NCBI GenBank assembly: GCA_036677065.1
Contig: JAKFBS010000002.1
Span: 1-64,000 of the forward strand
DNA from: Bdellovibrio sp.
GTDB lineage: Bacteria > Bdellovibrionota > Bdellovibrionia > Bdellovibrionales > Bdellovibrionaceae
Direction: 5' to 3'
DNA: 64,000 nt
The first letter of the stretch is position 1. The number at the start of each line of letters is the position of its first letter. Under the pieces are notes generated by a model that saw nothing but the letters and a program-made list of their open reading frames with translations, was not told the origin of the DNA and searched no databases. Below are positions 29,090-39,557 of the stretch, piece by piece. Both the position numbers and the translations under genes were made by a program.

Positions 29090-29989
29090 ATGAAAAATCT
29101 TTTATTAGTATTAGCAGTAGTAGTAGCTTCAGCAGGTTGCGGTAAATTACACCGCGTTTTAGATGCCGCTGAATCGATTCCAGGTAAAATGGATTCTTTA
29201 AACACTGGCATGGGCGAAACAAACGATTCTGTACGTTTGCAAAAGCTTGGCATTTTCGAAGCTATGGTTTTAGAAACAGATAACTACGAAATGTTAGCGC
29301 CCTTTCCAGCTGATTTAATGACTGGTGGTAAATTCTTAGGTGAAGCTTTAACTGATGAAGAAGCTTTACACTGGGTGTTTAAATCAATCAAAAAAATCAA
29401 CACCTATGACATCAACAGCAATCCATTATTAGATGCTACTGATGCAAAAACACAGGCTAAATTTGACCATGATAAATTAGGTCTTTATATGGCTGTAACG
29501 ATCGTATCTGGTTATTTACGTGACAGTGTTGTCGAACAAATCATTCAGCGTATTTATACATCTGACCGTTTTTCTGAAACAGGTATCCAAATCTTAGCTT
29601 TACGCGCGAAATTCTACAGCGATGTGATGTTAGGTGGATCTTTATACACTGAAAAATTCTCTACTTTAGGTCACACTAAAGAGGCGATTGATTACAACGC
29701 TAAGATCGAGCGCATTGCGACTTTACCTTACGCTCAATCAATTAAAGTCGATATCGTTGGTATGGTGACTGCAGAAATGAATGAAGCAATGACAGTTCAA
29801 TTCGACGCTTCAATCGTTGCAAAAAACTGGGCTAAAATTAAAACTTTAGCTGAAGCTGGTTTTGAAGTTAAACCTATGTCTGGTAACAGCGCTGCTGATG
29901 CTGCTGAAGCAAAAAGACAAAAAGATACTTTTGGAAATATGATTTCTTTTTTAAATCAAAAAATCCAACAAACACAAATTCTGAACTAA
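29090..29989 (+). CDS. Lipoprotein of unknown function
   Basis: SAGC lipobox, helical pattern, 20 nt downstream of the previous gene. Confidence 0.75.
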   Translation: MKNLLLVLAVVVASAGCGKLHRVLDAAESIPGKMDSLNTGMGETNDSVRLQKLGIFEAMVLETDNYEMLAPFPADLMTGGKFLGEALTDEEALHWVFKSIKKINTYDINSNPLLDATDAKTQAKFDHDKLGLYMAVTIVSGYLRDSVVEQIIQRIYTSDRFSETGIQILALRAKFYSDVMLGGSLYTEKFSTLGHTKEAIDYNAKIERIATLPYAQSIKVDIVGMVTAEMNEAMTVQFDASIVAKNWAKIKTLAEAGFEVKPMSGNSAADAAEAKRQKDTFGNMISFLNQKIQQTQILN

Positions 29990-30015
29990 GTTTTTAAAGC
30001 TTAGGCTAAATTTCT

Positions 30016-30049
30016 AAAAGCCATCGTCTTCTCAGGCGGTGGCTTTTTT
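30016..30049. terminator. Bidirectional intrinsic terminator
   Basis: AAAAGCCATCGTCT-TCTC-AGGCGGTGGCTTTTTT. Confidence 0.8.
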
Positions 30050-30052
30050 CGT

Positions 30053-31210
30053 TTAGAACATATACCCATCAAGCCAAAGGTTCTTAGAAATCTTGGCTTT
30101 AAGCGGGACTTCGCCGGCATCGATGGCTTCGGGCGTGCGTATTTCGTATAGAGCATACGGGGTTTCACTGTGTATTGTGCCGATCGGTGGGCGGTGTGTG
30201 TACATCGATTGTTCGTAGGTGTAGATCAAAAATTCGTTCTGACGGGATTGGTCGTATGAGAATTTAACCATCGATTGAAAAACTTCAGGATGCTCAAAAA
30301 ATAAAAAGTGTAAAAACTGAAAGTTAAGGGTCTGTTCTTTTTGGGTGCGCGAAAAAGGACGCGTTAGTTTTCTGCCGACTCCGAAAAAAGAGGCAAACTT
30401 TAAGAACTGGCGAAAGTTATCTGACTGCTGATTGTAGCTTTGTGGAAAGTAGTCTTGTAATAACGAAGAGCTTAAAGGGTAACAAACGCCTACGATATTA
30501 TCTTTAGCATCGCGCGCGACAACAAAATTTCTAAACGAATAAATTAAAGATTCGTGAATGTATTTTTCTAAATCTTCAATCATCGCAGCCGGTGCTAAAT
30601 CAAGAGTTTTCATCTTTTCACTTAAATAGCGGACAAACTTTTTCTGATCCTGCTTTTCTAAATAACTGACTTTGATAAACGGATTCACCTTAAATAACAG
30701 GGGATAGAACCCGTGAATTGAAACTAAGTTAAATTTGCGAATTAATTCATAAAAAGGTTTGTTTGATCTTTTTTGTTTTGTGCGAATGAAAGCATTGATA
30801 ACTTGTGAGCTTTCTAAGTTAATCGAAGTGATAAAATGATTCACTTTTTCAGTAAAAATTAATTTTTGCAATTGCGGCAGAAAATGGCGTGACCAATTCA
30901 GAATCGCTTTACGCTGGTGTGAGATTCTTAAGTCAAAGGCGTAAGACGTATTTAATCTGGTTTTACCTACTTGCGTTTCTTGTAAAAGAAAACTAGCGGT
31001 GCCAAGAATTTCGTTATTTTGAAAGTCGTTGGTTTCTTCTAAGATATAATTATGAAATTTAAGCTGTAATCTTCGGTAAAGCGAAAAAAAATCTATCTGA
31101 CGGCGAACCTTCACATCTAGTAAAGCCTGGGTCGGGATTTCGTAGAAAAAATTTCCTAACTTTTCAGAATCAACCGGGGTGGATTCGCGTAATACTATTT
31201 TTTCTTCCAC
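30053..31210 (-). CDS. Hypothetical protein, possibly GNAT-like acyltransferase fold
   Basis: LRESTPVD…, ILGTAS and SYAFDLRISHQRK patterns loosely resemble GNAT motifs. Overlaps the upstream gene. Confidence 0.5.
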   Translation of the reverse strand: MEEKIVLRESTPVDSEKLGNFFYEIPTQALLDVKVRRQIDFFSLYRRLQLKFHNYILEETNDFQNNEILGTASFLLQETQVGKTRLNTSYAFDLRISHQRKAILNWSRHFLPQLQKLIFTEKVNHFITSINLESSQVINAFIRTKQKRSNKPFYELIRKFNLVSIHGFYPLLFKVNPFIKVSYLEKQDQKKFVRYLSEKMKTLDLAPAAMIEDLEKYIHESLIYSFRNFVVARDAKDNIVGVCYPLSSSLLQDYFPQSYNQQSDNFRQFLKFASFFGVGRKLTRPFSRTQKEQTLNFQFLHFLFFEHPEVFQSMVKFSYDQSRQNEFLIYTYEQSMYTHRPPIGTIHSETPYALYEIRTPEAIDAGEVPLKAKISKNLWLDGYMF

Positions 31211-31764
31211 AAAATGTCCTGCGTGTTGTGACGGTGATTAACAAATCGGGCGGCCGTGAATAAAAAATCGCTTAAACGATTTAGATAAATGATCACTTGT
31301 TCGTAATGCGGTTCTTGATTGGCCACTTCAACCGTACGGCGTTCGCATCTTCGGCAAAGCGTACGGGCAACATGTAAGTGCGAACTTAATACGTGGCCTG
31401 TAGGAAGAATAAAGTTTTTTAACGGTTCTAATTCTGCTGTCATCACATCGATGCTTTGTTCAAGCTGGGTCGTGTCTGCGGGATCAAGCTGTGGCAGCTT
31501 TTTAAAGACTTCCAAGTCTTGTGTAGCTAACAGGCTTCCGATGATAAACATATTATTTTGCACATCAAATAGCAGGCGGCGTAAAGAGGTATTACTAAAA
31601 TTCAACTGTTCATTGTTTTCAAGTAAGCTGAAAATTAAACCAAGATAAGAATTAAGTTCATCGGCAGTTCCGTAAGCTTCAACACGTGGATTGAATTTTT
31701 CGACGCAAGTGCCATCAACCAGTCTAGTTGTTCCTTTATCTCCGGTTTTCGTATATATTTTCAT
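31195..31764 (-). CDS. Cob(I)yrinic acid a,c-diamide adenosyltransferase, PduO type
   Basis: MKIYTKTGDKGTT, AYGTADELNS, FILP, ARTLCRRCER and YLNRLSDFLF motifs. Confidence 0.93.
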   Translation of the reverse strand: MKIYTKTGDKGTTRLVDGTCVEKFNPRVEAYGTADELNSYLGLIFSLLENNEQLNFSNTSLRRLLFDVQNNMFIIGSLLATQDLEVFKKLPQLDPADTTQLEQSIDVMTAELEPLKNFILPTGHVLSSHLHVARTLCRRCERRTVEVANQEPHYEQVIIYLNRLSDFLFTAARFVNHRHNTQDILWKKK

Positions 31765-31811
31765 ATGTTAATTAGCTAACGTCTTTTAGAGTTAGTCAAG
31801 TTTAGGGGTAT

Positions 31812-32624
31812 ATGTCTGAGTTAGAAATTCCATTTTTTGTAACGATGCCGCACTCGGGAGAAAAAGTTCCCGACGAGTGCACTTGGTTGCACAATCTCGA
31901 TGAAAAAATCTTGATGTGTGATGTGGATCGCTACATTGATGTGATCTATGAACCTTCATTAATTAAGATGCATGTGCCTTATCATAAAACTGACTGGCAT
32001 CGTTATGCGGTTGATTTAAACCGTATTCCGCAAGACATTGATTGTGATTCAGTCATTGGTTGTGAAAACAAATCTGGTTCGAATAGCCGCGGTTTTCACT
32101 GGGTTGTTACAACTTTGAACACTCCTTTAATGCAAAGCCCCATTTCTAAAGAGCTGCACAATAAACTGACTGACCTGATTTATACCCCTTTTCATGATGG
32201 CGTAAAAAAACTTTATGCAGACTATATGAAGAAGGGTTTTCAGCATGTTTTTCACTTGGATGCCCACTCGATGCCCTCTTTGGGAACAAATCAGCACAAA
32301 GACCCAGGTCAATATCGTGCTGATATTGTAATCAGCGATAATCTGGGTGTGAGTTGTGATTCTCGCTATAAAGACTTAGTCATTGAAGCGTACAAAGCCG
32401 TCGGCTTTTCGATCAGTTACAATTGGCCCTACATGGGTGGCCGTGTAACTCAGGAATACGGTAAGCCCGAGATCGGTCAGCAGGCTTTGCAGGTTGAGTT
32501 GAACCGCGCTTTGTACATGGATGAAGTGACCAAAAAAATAAAACCAGATTATGTTGTGGTTCAAGAGCAAGTATTCAAGGCACTTGAACACATAAAAAGA
32601 GAACTTCCCAATTTGAAAATCTAA
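31812..32624 (+). CDS. N-formylglutamate amidohydrolase family
   Basis: PHSG, VDLNR, YTPFH, LDAHSMPS, NWPYMGG and QVELNRALYMDE motifs. Confidence 0.9.
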   Translation: MSELEIPFFVTMPHSGEKVPDECTWLHNLDEKILMCDVDRYIDVIYEPSLIKMHVPYHKTDWHRYAVDLNRIPQDIDCDSVIGCENKSGSNSRGFHWVVTTLNTPLMQSPISKELHNKLTDLIYTPFHDGVKKLYADYMKKGFQHVFHLDAHSMPSLGTNQHKDPGQYRADIVISDNLGVSCDSRYKDLVIEAYKAVGFSISYNWPYMGGRVTQEYGKPEIGQQALQVELNRALYMDEVTKKIKPDYVVVQEQVFKALEHIKRELPNLKI

Positions 32625-32662
32625 GAGTACTTTTTTAAGCATGCTGAAAGCGAGTCTTAAAA

Positions 32663-34069
32663 GTGCGATTTAAAAATCCAATGGTGCAGAAATTCTGGAG
32701 ATTTTCTACATCATTTCAATTAGGTATTCCTATCCTTGTGTCGTTAACGGTGCTTATCACTGCGGGCACTATTGTTGAATCAAAGTATGATGCTTTTGCC
32801 GCGCAAAAGTTAGTTTATCATAGCTGGTTGATGTACATCACCATGGGCTTATTGGTTTATAACTTAACAATTGTGATGGTCGATCGTATGCCATGGAAGC
32901 AGCGACATGCACCTTTTATATTTGTTCATATCGGAATTATTTTATTAATTGTCGGTGGATTTGTAACGCAGAGAATAGGCCTTGATGGGTCGATGCATTT
33001 GCCAATCAACGGTAAAAATAATTATGTGCAAGTCTCGCAGACTGATTTAGTGGTCTATGCCACGTTCGACGGTGATCGCTACACGAAAGTGTACGAAAAC
33101 GAAGTGGATTTTTTCTTGAATCCACCGACTGAAGAAAAACCTTTTGTAGTTAATCTTGGCGATAATAAAATCATTATTAAAAAATACTTAAAATATGCAC
33201 GTGTTAGTAAAAAGCTAAAAAAATCGACTGACGTGAATGTCGGTTCGTCAGTTAAATTTCAATTGCAAAATGCAAACGTGCAGCAAGTTGAAACTTTAAC
33301 TCAAACTGCTAAAACGAAAACCGCTGATGTTAATTTTGGGCCACTTAAGGTGGTCTTAGGTCACGACGCAAAAGCAAACGGCCGTAAAGATCGTTCAACG
33401 AATGAAATTTATTTTAATGCTAAAAACGAAACTGAACTTTCTTACGAGCTTTATCGTAAAGAAGAAATGAAATCGTTTAAATCAGGCACAGTTAAAATCG
33501 GTGAAATGATTACGACGGGCTGGATGGGATTAGAACTTCGTTTGTTAGACTATCTTCCGCAAGCGACTGAAGAATGGGATGCGACTGAAGTTGCGTACCC
33601 AACGCCGCTAACAAGCCCTGCCTTATTGATTCAATTCGGCGATCGTACGCAGTGGTCACTGTTAAATGATGTAGTTAAACTTTTTGGCGAAAGTGAAGCT
33701 TATCTTATTAGTTATCAAAATCGCCGTATTGACCTAGGGTTTCCGGTTTATTTAAAGAAATTCACGATGACTCATTACGAAGGCACGCAAAAAGCTAAAA
33801 CGTATTCAAGTGATATTGAAATTGTTCCAGCTGATGGCACAACACCTGTTTCTGGCTTGATTGAAATGAATGAGCCAATGAAGTTTGCTGGCTACACTTT
33901 TTATCAAGCCAGCTTTAATCAAGACGAAAAAACAGGCGAGCCCACGGCTTCGGTTCTTTCGGTAAACCTTGATCCAGGTCGTTGGATTAAATATTTAGGT
34001 TCTTTAGTTTTAACAATAGGTATTGTTTGGCTATTCGTGCAAACGCGCAGAAGAAAGACAGCACAATGA
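32663..34069 (+). CDS. resB: Cytochrome c biogenesis system II protein, ResB/CcsB type (may start at 32681)
   Basis: Three N-terminal TM helices with GTIVES and HIGIIL, I.MNEP….GYTFYQAS, and DPG before a final TM helix. Confidence 0.85.
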   Translation: MRFKNPMVQKFWRFSTSFQLGIPILVSLTVLITAGTIVESKYDAFAAQKLVYHSWLMYITMGLLVYNLTIVMVDRMPWKQRHAPFIFVHIGIILLIVGGFVTQRIGLDGSMHLPINGKNNYVQVSQTDLVVYATFDGDRYTKVYENEVDFFLNPPTEEKPFVVNLGDNKIIIKKYLKYARVSKKLKKSTDVNVGSSVKFQLQNANVQQVETLTQTAKTKTADVNFGPLKVVLGHDAKANGRKDRSTNEIYFNAKNETELSYELYRKEEMKSFKSGTVKIGEMITTGWMGLELRLLDYLPQATEEWDATEVAYPTPLTSPALLIQFGDRTQWSLLNDVVKLFGESEAYLISYQNRRIDLGFPVYLKKFTMTHYEGTQKAKTYSSDIEIVPADGTTPVSGLIEMNEPMKFAGYTFYQASFNQDEKTGEPTASVLSVNLDPGRWIKYLGSLVLTIGIVWLFVQTRRRKTAQ

Positions 34070-35721
34070 TTCGTTTTTTATCCACAGCATTTTTAATTTT
34101 ACAGGTTTCATTATTTACAAATATCGCCCAAGCGGCTCCAAAACTGGGTGAAGCTATCAGGTATTTACCAGTGCAAGATGGTGGTCGCATTAAACCTTAC
34201 GACACTTTTGCAAAAGAAGTTTTAGAAGTTGTCTATGGTAAAAGTAAATACAAAACTGAAGCTGGCGAAACAGCTCCTGCGTATTTGATTGTGTTAACTT
34301 GGATGTTGTCTCCGGATAGCTGGACAAATCGCCCACTTTTTGAAGTAAATCATTTTGATGTGAAAAACAAACTTGGTCTTCCGAAAGAGCAAAAATACTT
34401 TTCTAGTAATGAGCTTTTTACCACTGATAAATTTCAAAATTTAATGCAAGAATTGGCCGACAAACGTCAAAGCCAGGAAAAATTAACTCCTTATTTTCAG
34501 GCGTTACAGCGTCTGCAAAACCAAATGATGTACTTTCGTGAGCTTGCGGCAGGTAGATTATTAAGAATTATGCCTAACGCTGAATCTGAGACTTGGTTGT
34601 CGGTGGCAGAGCTGCCAGAGGCGCAACAAGGTTTATTTATTGGTATCAGTCAAAGTGTTGCGGCTTACTTAGGTGCTTTGGCAGAACATCAAGATGTCGA
34701 AGGTGCAAAAGCCACTTTGGATGGAGCTGTTATCGCTTTTCAAAAAAGTATCGAACAGGTGGTTCCGCTGAAATATGCGGAAGCTCATAAGGTTGATACC
34801 GAAGTTTTTTATAATGATCTGCATCCGTTTCGTTGGACATATATCTTATATATTCTAGCGGCTTTGATTTTGTTATTTATTTGGATCAGAGACTTGCAAT
34901 CTGGAATGGCTCTTGTTTGGTCGGTAACTTTTTTAGGTTTTTTCATTCACATTTTGGGATTTGCATTCAGAGTTTATTTAGCTGAAAGACCACCCGTGAC
35001 GAATATGTATGAAACGGTTGTCTGGGTTTCATGGGGAATCATGGTCTTCTCAATGACATTAGAGAAAATCTATAAGTACCGCATCTTTTTATTAGCGGGT
35101 TTACTTATGGGGTTTGTGTGTATGGTTATCGCTGACACAGCTCCGGCAGTTTTAGATCCTAGCATTCAGCCGTTAGAGGCAGTACTTCGCAGCAGTTACT
35201 GGCTGATCGTTCACGTAATGACTATCACAATCAGTTACGCAGCTTTTGCTTTAGCGTTCGCATTGGGTGATATCGGGCTTATTTATTATGCGATTGATAA
35301 AGAAAAGCATAAAGAAAAAATTCAGCACATCACTACCGGTGTTTATCGTTCGATGCAAATCGGAGTGGCATTTTTAGCGCCGGGGATTATCTTGGGTGGT
35401 ATTTGGGCAGATGCCTCTTGGGGTAGATTCTGGGGTTGGGATCCGAAAGAGACTTGGGCCTTGATTGCACTTTTAGGTTACATAATAATTCTGCATGCTC
35501 GTTTAGTGAACTGGATTCAAAATTTTGGAACGCTAGTTGCCGGCATTTTAACTTTCATGCTTGTGATCATGGCTTGGTACGGAGTTAATTTTGTGCTTGG
35601 AGCGGGGCTTCACTCATACGGATTCGGCGCCGGTGGTGTTGAGTACGTTTCAATTTTTGTACTTTTACACTTCATTTTTGTTGGTTACGTAGCAAGCGTA
35701 AAAAAACTTTCTAAGGTTTAG
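34066..35721 (+). CDS. ccsA: Cytochrome c biogenesis protein CcsA/ResC (start corrected from 34027)
   Basis: WWD domain GGIWADASWGRFWGWDPKETW, PPVTNMYE and GLHSY motifs. ATGA overlap with resB. Confidence 0.92.
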   Translation: MIRFLSTAFLILQVSLFTNIAQAAPKLGEAIRYLPVQDGGRIKPYDTFAKEVLEVVYGKSKYKTEAGETAPAYLIVLTWMLSPDSWTNRPLFEVNHFDVKNKLGLPKEQKYFSSNELFTTDKFQNLMQELADKRQSQEKLTPYFQALQRLQNQMMYFRELAAGRLLRIMPNAESETWLSVAELPEAQQGLFIGISQSVAAYLGALAEHQDVEGAKATLDGAVIAFQKSIEQVVPLKYAEAHKVDTEVFYNDLHPFRWTYILYILAALILLFIWIRDLQSGMALVWSVTFLGFFIHILGFAFRVYLAERPPVTNMYETVVWVSWGIMVFSMTLEKIYKYRIFLLAGLLMGFVCMVIADTAPAVLDPSIQPLEAVLRSSYWLIVHVMTITISYAAFALAFALGDIGLIYYAIDKEKHKEKIQHITTGVYRSMQIGVAFLAPGIILGGIWADASWGRFWGWDPKETWALIALLGYIIILHARLVNWIQNFGTLVAGILTFMLVIMAWYGVNFVLGAGLHSYGFGAGGVEYVSIFVLLHFIFVGYVASVKKLSKV

Positions 35722-35738
35722 TGCGCGCATCCCTACAC

Positions 35739-35777
35739 TTGCGTGCTTTACTCTTAAGCACGCAACTTCTTGTTTTC
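35739..35777 (+). terminator. Probable intrinsic terminator
   Basis: TTGCGTGCTT-N7-AAGCACGCAA followed by a T-rich tract. Confidence 0.6.
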
Positions 35778-35860
35778 ACTCGGAGATTTTCATTTGATGA
35801 TCAAAATCCCTCGTGACATTTGCCCCGCATTGCATTTTAATTAACAGCATAAGAAGGGCA

Positions 35861-36451
35861 ATGATTATGCTTACTAAATTTTGCAGCACTGTATGCGCGG
35901 CTATAGGTTTGTCGCTTACGGTATTTTTTCTTTCTGGTTGTTTGTTTCAAAATCCTGATGGCGGTGAACGCGTGGGGATTGGCTACAACAAAGGTTATGC
36001 GCCTGAACAGCCGATCGCGTTCAGCCACGAACTTCACGTTGGTACGCACAAGATTCAGTGTCAGTACTGCCACAACCAAGTTGAACGTTCGAAATCTTCG
36101 AACATTCCATCATTAGCAACTTGTATGAACTGCCACCAACAGGTTGCGGGTAAACCAGGACAGGAAACAGTTCCAGGGCATAAAGATTCGGATGAAATTA
36201 AAAAACTTCGTGATGCCTTCTCTGATGGAAAATCAATTGAATGGGTTCGCGTGCACATGCTTCCTGATCATGTGTCGTTCAATCACCAAGCGCATGTTGG
36301 TAAAGGCGTAAGCTGTCAAACTTGCCATGGCGAAATTGAAAAAATGGCTAAAGTATTTCAGCACTCTGATTTGTCCATGGGCTGGTGTGTGAACTGTCAC
36401 CGTCAACCAGAAAACAAAGCTCCACTTAACTGTACAACGTGTCACCAATAA
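35861..36451 (+). CDS. actA: Alternative complex III pentaheme cytochrome c subunit
   Basis: Five CxxCH motifs (CQYCH, CMNCH, CQTCH, CVNCH, CTTCH), PEQPIAFSH and LSMGWC. First gene of the act operon. Confidence 0.9.
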   Translation: MIMLTKFCSTVCAAIGLSLTVFFLSGCLFQNPDGGERVGIGYNKGYAPEQPIAFSHELHVGTHKIQCQYCHNQVERSKSSNIPSLATCMNCHQQVAGKPGQETVPGHKDSDEIKKLRDAFSDGKSIEWVRVHMLPDHVSFNHQAHVGKGVSCQTCHGEIEKMAKVFQHSDLSMGWCVNCHRQPENKAPLNCTTCHQ

Positions 36452-36464
36452 TCGAAGCGGGTTT

Positions 36465-39400
36465 GTGATGTCTAATACTGAAAATAAAATTCAATCTGAT
36501 AATGAAAATAGAAAAATTGAAAGAGACTCTACATACTGGAGATCTTTCGAAGAGCTAAACAACACTCCTGAGTTTCAAAAGTCTTTACAGACTGAATTCA
36601 TGTCTTCGCCTTTACGTGAAGAATCTAAAGATGAAGGATCTGAAACAGACGGTGTTGCTCGTCGTGATTTCTTGAAATTGATGGGAGCATCAATTGCCTT
36701 AACTTCGGCTGCAGGTTGCATCCGTCGTCCGGTGCAGAAAATTGTTCCTTATAATAAACAACCTGAAGAAGTTACCGTTGGTGTTTCTAACTGGTACACG
36801 TCATCTTACTTTGATGGCCAAGAAGGTTTAGGTTTATTAGTTAAATCACGCGAAGGTCGTCCGGTTCACATTTCGGGAAATCCAAAATTTCCTCTAAATG
36901 GAAATGGCGCTTCAGTTAAAGCTCAGGCTTCATTGCTTGGTCTATACGAACCAAACCGTTTACAAAAACCTTTCAGAAATTTATTTAATGAAAAACGCAC
37001 AAACAAAGAAACTGTTGGTGTGTCGTGGGAAGAGTTAGACACTAAAGTTGTTGAGTCTCTTCAAAAAGGTGGCGTTGCCATTTTATCTGGAAACATTTCT
37101 TCTCCATCGACAAAAGCTGTGATCGGAGATTTTAAAGCTGGTTTTAATGCTGATCACTACGTGTGGGAGCCTTTGGCTGATGACGTTGTTGAAGCTCAAG
37201 CTTCTTCATACGGCGAAGCAGTTATGCCAGGTTTCAGATACGACAAAGCTCAAATGATTGTTTCAATCGATGCGGACTTTCTAGGTACTTGGGGTCCGAC
37301 AATGACAAACAACAAACGTTTTGCTGACGGTCGTAGAAATATCGACAAGATGTCACGTTTAGTTTCGTTTGATTCAACATATTCTTTAACTGGTGCGAAT
37401 GCAGATATCCGTTTCAGAATTAAACCATCACAACAATTTGATGTTGTAATGGGCTTAATCTCTGAAATCGTTGGAAAAGTTTCTGTGTCTGATGCTGTTA
37501 AAACTGCAGTAGCTCCGTATAACGGAATCGCTGATAAACTTGGAATTTCTGCTGAAGCTTTCAAAAAAGTAGCTGCTGATTTAGTTAAAAACCAAGGCGA
37601 ATCAATCGTTGTCGCTGGTGGTATCCAAACTAAAACTAAAGATTCAATGGCATTACAAGTTGCTGTGAATTATTTAAATTCTATTTTAGGTAATGACGGT
37701 AAAACTGTAGTAGCGGGTGCGGGTAATAAAAATTTAACTGCTTCGTTTGCACAAATTAAAAATTTAATCGCAAAAATGAATGCTGGAGATGTGAAAACTC
37801 TTATCATCTACAGATCTAATCCGTTCTACAGCTTAAGTGCTGATCTTGGATTTGCTGAAGCTCTTAAAAAAGTGCCTACAGTTGTTTATTCAAATGATAA
37901 AATGGATGAAACAGCAGTTAACGCTCACTATGTGGCGACAGATAATCACGCTTTAGAAACTTGGGGTGATTCTGAATTCGCAACTGGCGTCTATGGCATT
38001 CACCAGCCACTTATCCGCACGATGTATGACACAAGATCATTTCAGTTATCTTTAATGACTTGGGCATACATGGCCAAAGTTGGTCCTAAGCGTATTCAAG
38101 AATTTGAAACTTATTACGATTATGTTCGTAATTTGTGGAAAACAGAAATGGCCGCAAAAGTTGCCGGCGGAAAAGATTTCGAATCTTTCTGGAATGGGTT
38201 TTTACAAGAAGGTTTTGTTGGCGAATTAGCAACAACAGGATCTGCACGTACTTTCAAAGGTGATGTTTCATCTCTTAAAAAATCTCAAAGCAGCGATGCC
38301 ACTTTTGAATTAGCTTTATACCCAACAGTAAATATCGGTGATGGTACTTTAGCTAACATCGGTTGGTTACAAGAGTTACCAGATGTAGTAACGAAAATCG
38401 TTTGGGATAACTACGCCTGTGTTTCAATTAAAACTGCTGAAGCAAATAAACTTCGCGAAGGCGATGTGATTGAATTAACAGTTGGTGGTAATAAATTATC
38501 TTTACCGACTCACATTCAACCAGGTTTACATGACCAAGTTGTAGCTGTAGCTGTTGGTTACGGACGCACACACGCAGGCGATGTCGCTAAAGGTATCGGT
38601 CAAAATGCATTTACACTGGCTCAAGGCGGGTTGTATGCAGGTTTACCGGTTGAATTTAAAAAGACCGGTCAAAAAATTGAATTAGTTACGACTCAAGGTC
38701 ACGATTCAATGGAAGGCCGTCAAATCGTTGTCACTGCAACTAATAAAGATATCCAAAAATCTAAAGACGCAAATATTCACAGACACCACACATGGAATAT
38801 CTGGTCAGGTCACCAATACAACGGGCACAAATGGGGTATGGCGATCGATCTCAACACTTGCACAGGTTGTTCGGCATGTATGACTGCCTGCCAATCAGAA
38901 AACAACACAGCTGTTGTTGGTAAGAAATATGTTATGCAAGGTCGCGAAATGCACTGGATCCGTATCGACAGATACTACACGGGTGATGTTGAAAATGCGT
39001 CAGCCGTATTCCAGCCATTAATGTGCCAACACTGTGACAATGCTCCGTGTGAAACGGTTTGTCCGGTAGTTGCAACGGTGCATAGCTCAGAAGGTTTAAA
39101 TGAACAGATTTACAACCGCTGCGTTGGTACACGCTATTGTTCAAATAACTGTCCGTACAAAGTTCGTCGTTTTAACTGGTTTAACTACGCTAAATTAATC
39201 GAAAAGCCGATGCACATGGCTCTTAATCCTGAAGTTTTAGTTCGTGCACGCGGGGTTATGGAGAAATGTACTTTCTGCGTTCAACGTATTAAAGAAGGTA
39301 AAAACAAAGCCAAAATCGAAGAGCGTCCATTAAAAGATGGTGATATCAAAACGGCGTGTGAGGCAGCTTGTCCGACGCAAACTATCGTATTCGGTGATTT

Positions 39401-39557
39401 AAATGATGAAAATTCACGCGTAGCTAAAGTTTTTAAAGCTGAACCACGTGCGTATGAATTACTAGAAGAATGGTATGCAAAACCTTCGGTTCGCTACCAA
39501 ACGAAAATTAAAAATAATGATCAAGTAACTCCTAAGAAAGGAGGCGGCCATGCTTAA
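36465..39557 (+). CDS. actB: Alternative complex III subunit B (molybdopterin-oxidoreductase-like domain plus Fe-S domain)
   Basis: YWRS.EEL, Tat motif RRDFLKLMG with AAGC, and Fe-S motifs [32 protein letters not shown] and EKCTFC. Confidence 0.93.
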   Translation: MMSNTENKIQSDNENRKIERDSTYWRSFEELNNTPEFQKSLQTEFMSSPLREESKDEGSETDGVARRDFLKLMGASIALTSAAGCIRRPVQKIVPYNKQPEEVTVGVSNWYTSSYFDGQEGLGLLVKSREGRPVHISGNPKFPLNGNGASVKAQASLLGLYEPNRLQKPFRNLFNEKRTNKETVGVSWEELDTKVVESLQKGGVAILSGNISSPSTKAVIGDFKAGFNADHYVWEPLADDVVEAQASSYGEAVMPGFRYDKAQMIVSIDADFLGTWGPTMTNNKRFADGRRNIDKMSRLVSFDSTYSLTGANADIRFRIKPSQQFDVVMGLISEIVGKVSVSDAVKTAVAPYNGIADKLGISAEAFKKVAADLVKNQGESIVVAGGIQTKTKDSMALQVAVNYLNSILGNDGKTVVAGAGNKNLTASFAQIKNLIAKMNAGDVKTLIIYRSNPFYSLSADLGFAEALKKVPTVVYSNDKMDETAVNAHYVATDNHALETWGDSEFATGVYGIHQPLIRTMYDTRSFQLSLMTWAYMAKVGPKRIQEFETYYDYVRNLWKTEMAAKVAGGKDFESFWNGFLQEGFVGELATTGSARTFKGDVSSLKKSQSSDATFELALYPTVNIGDGTLANIGWLQELPDVVTKIVWDNYACVSIKTAEANKLREGDVIELTVGGNKLSLPTHIQPGLHDQVVAVAVGYGRTHAGDVAKGIGQNAFTLAQGGLYAGLPVEFKKTGQKIELVTTQGHDSMEGRQIVVTATNKDIQKSKDANIHRHHTWNIWSGHQYNGHKWGMAIDLNTCTGCSACMTACQSENNTAVVGKKYVMQGREMHWIRIDRYYTGDVENASAVFQPLMCQHCDNAPCETVCPVVATVHSSEGLNEQIYNRCVGTRYCSNNCPYKVRRFNWFNYAKLIEKPMHMALNPEVLVRARGVMEKCTFCVQRIKEGKNKAKIEERPLKDGDIKTACEAACPTQTIVFGDLNDENSRVAKVFKAEPRAYELLEEWYAKPSVRYQTKIKNNDQVTPKKGGGHA

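Noticed and set aside
35793..35805. TTTGATGATCAAA palindrome upstream of actA as an FNR box
   Set aside because: The half-sites are separated by 1 nt rather than the 4 nt of TTGAT-N4-ATCAA. It may bind something else, but that cannot be supported.
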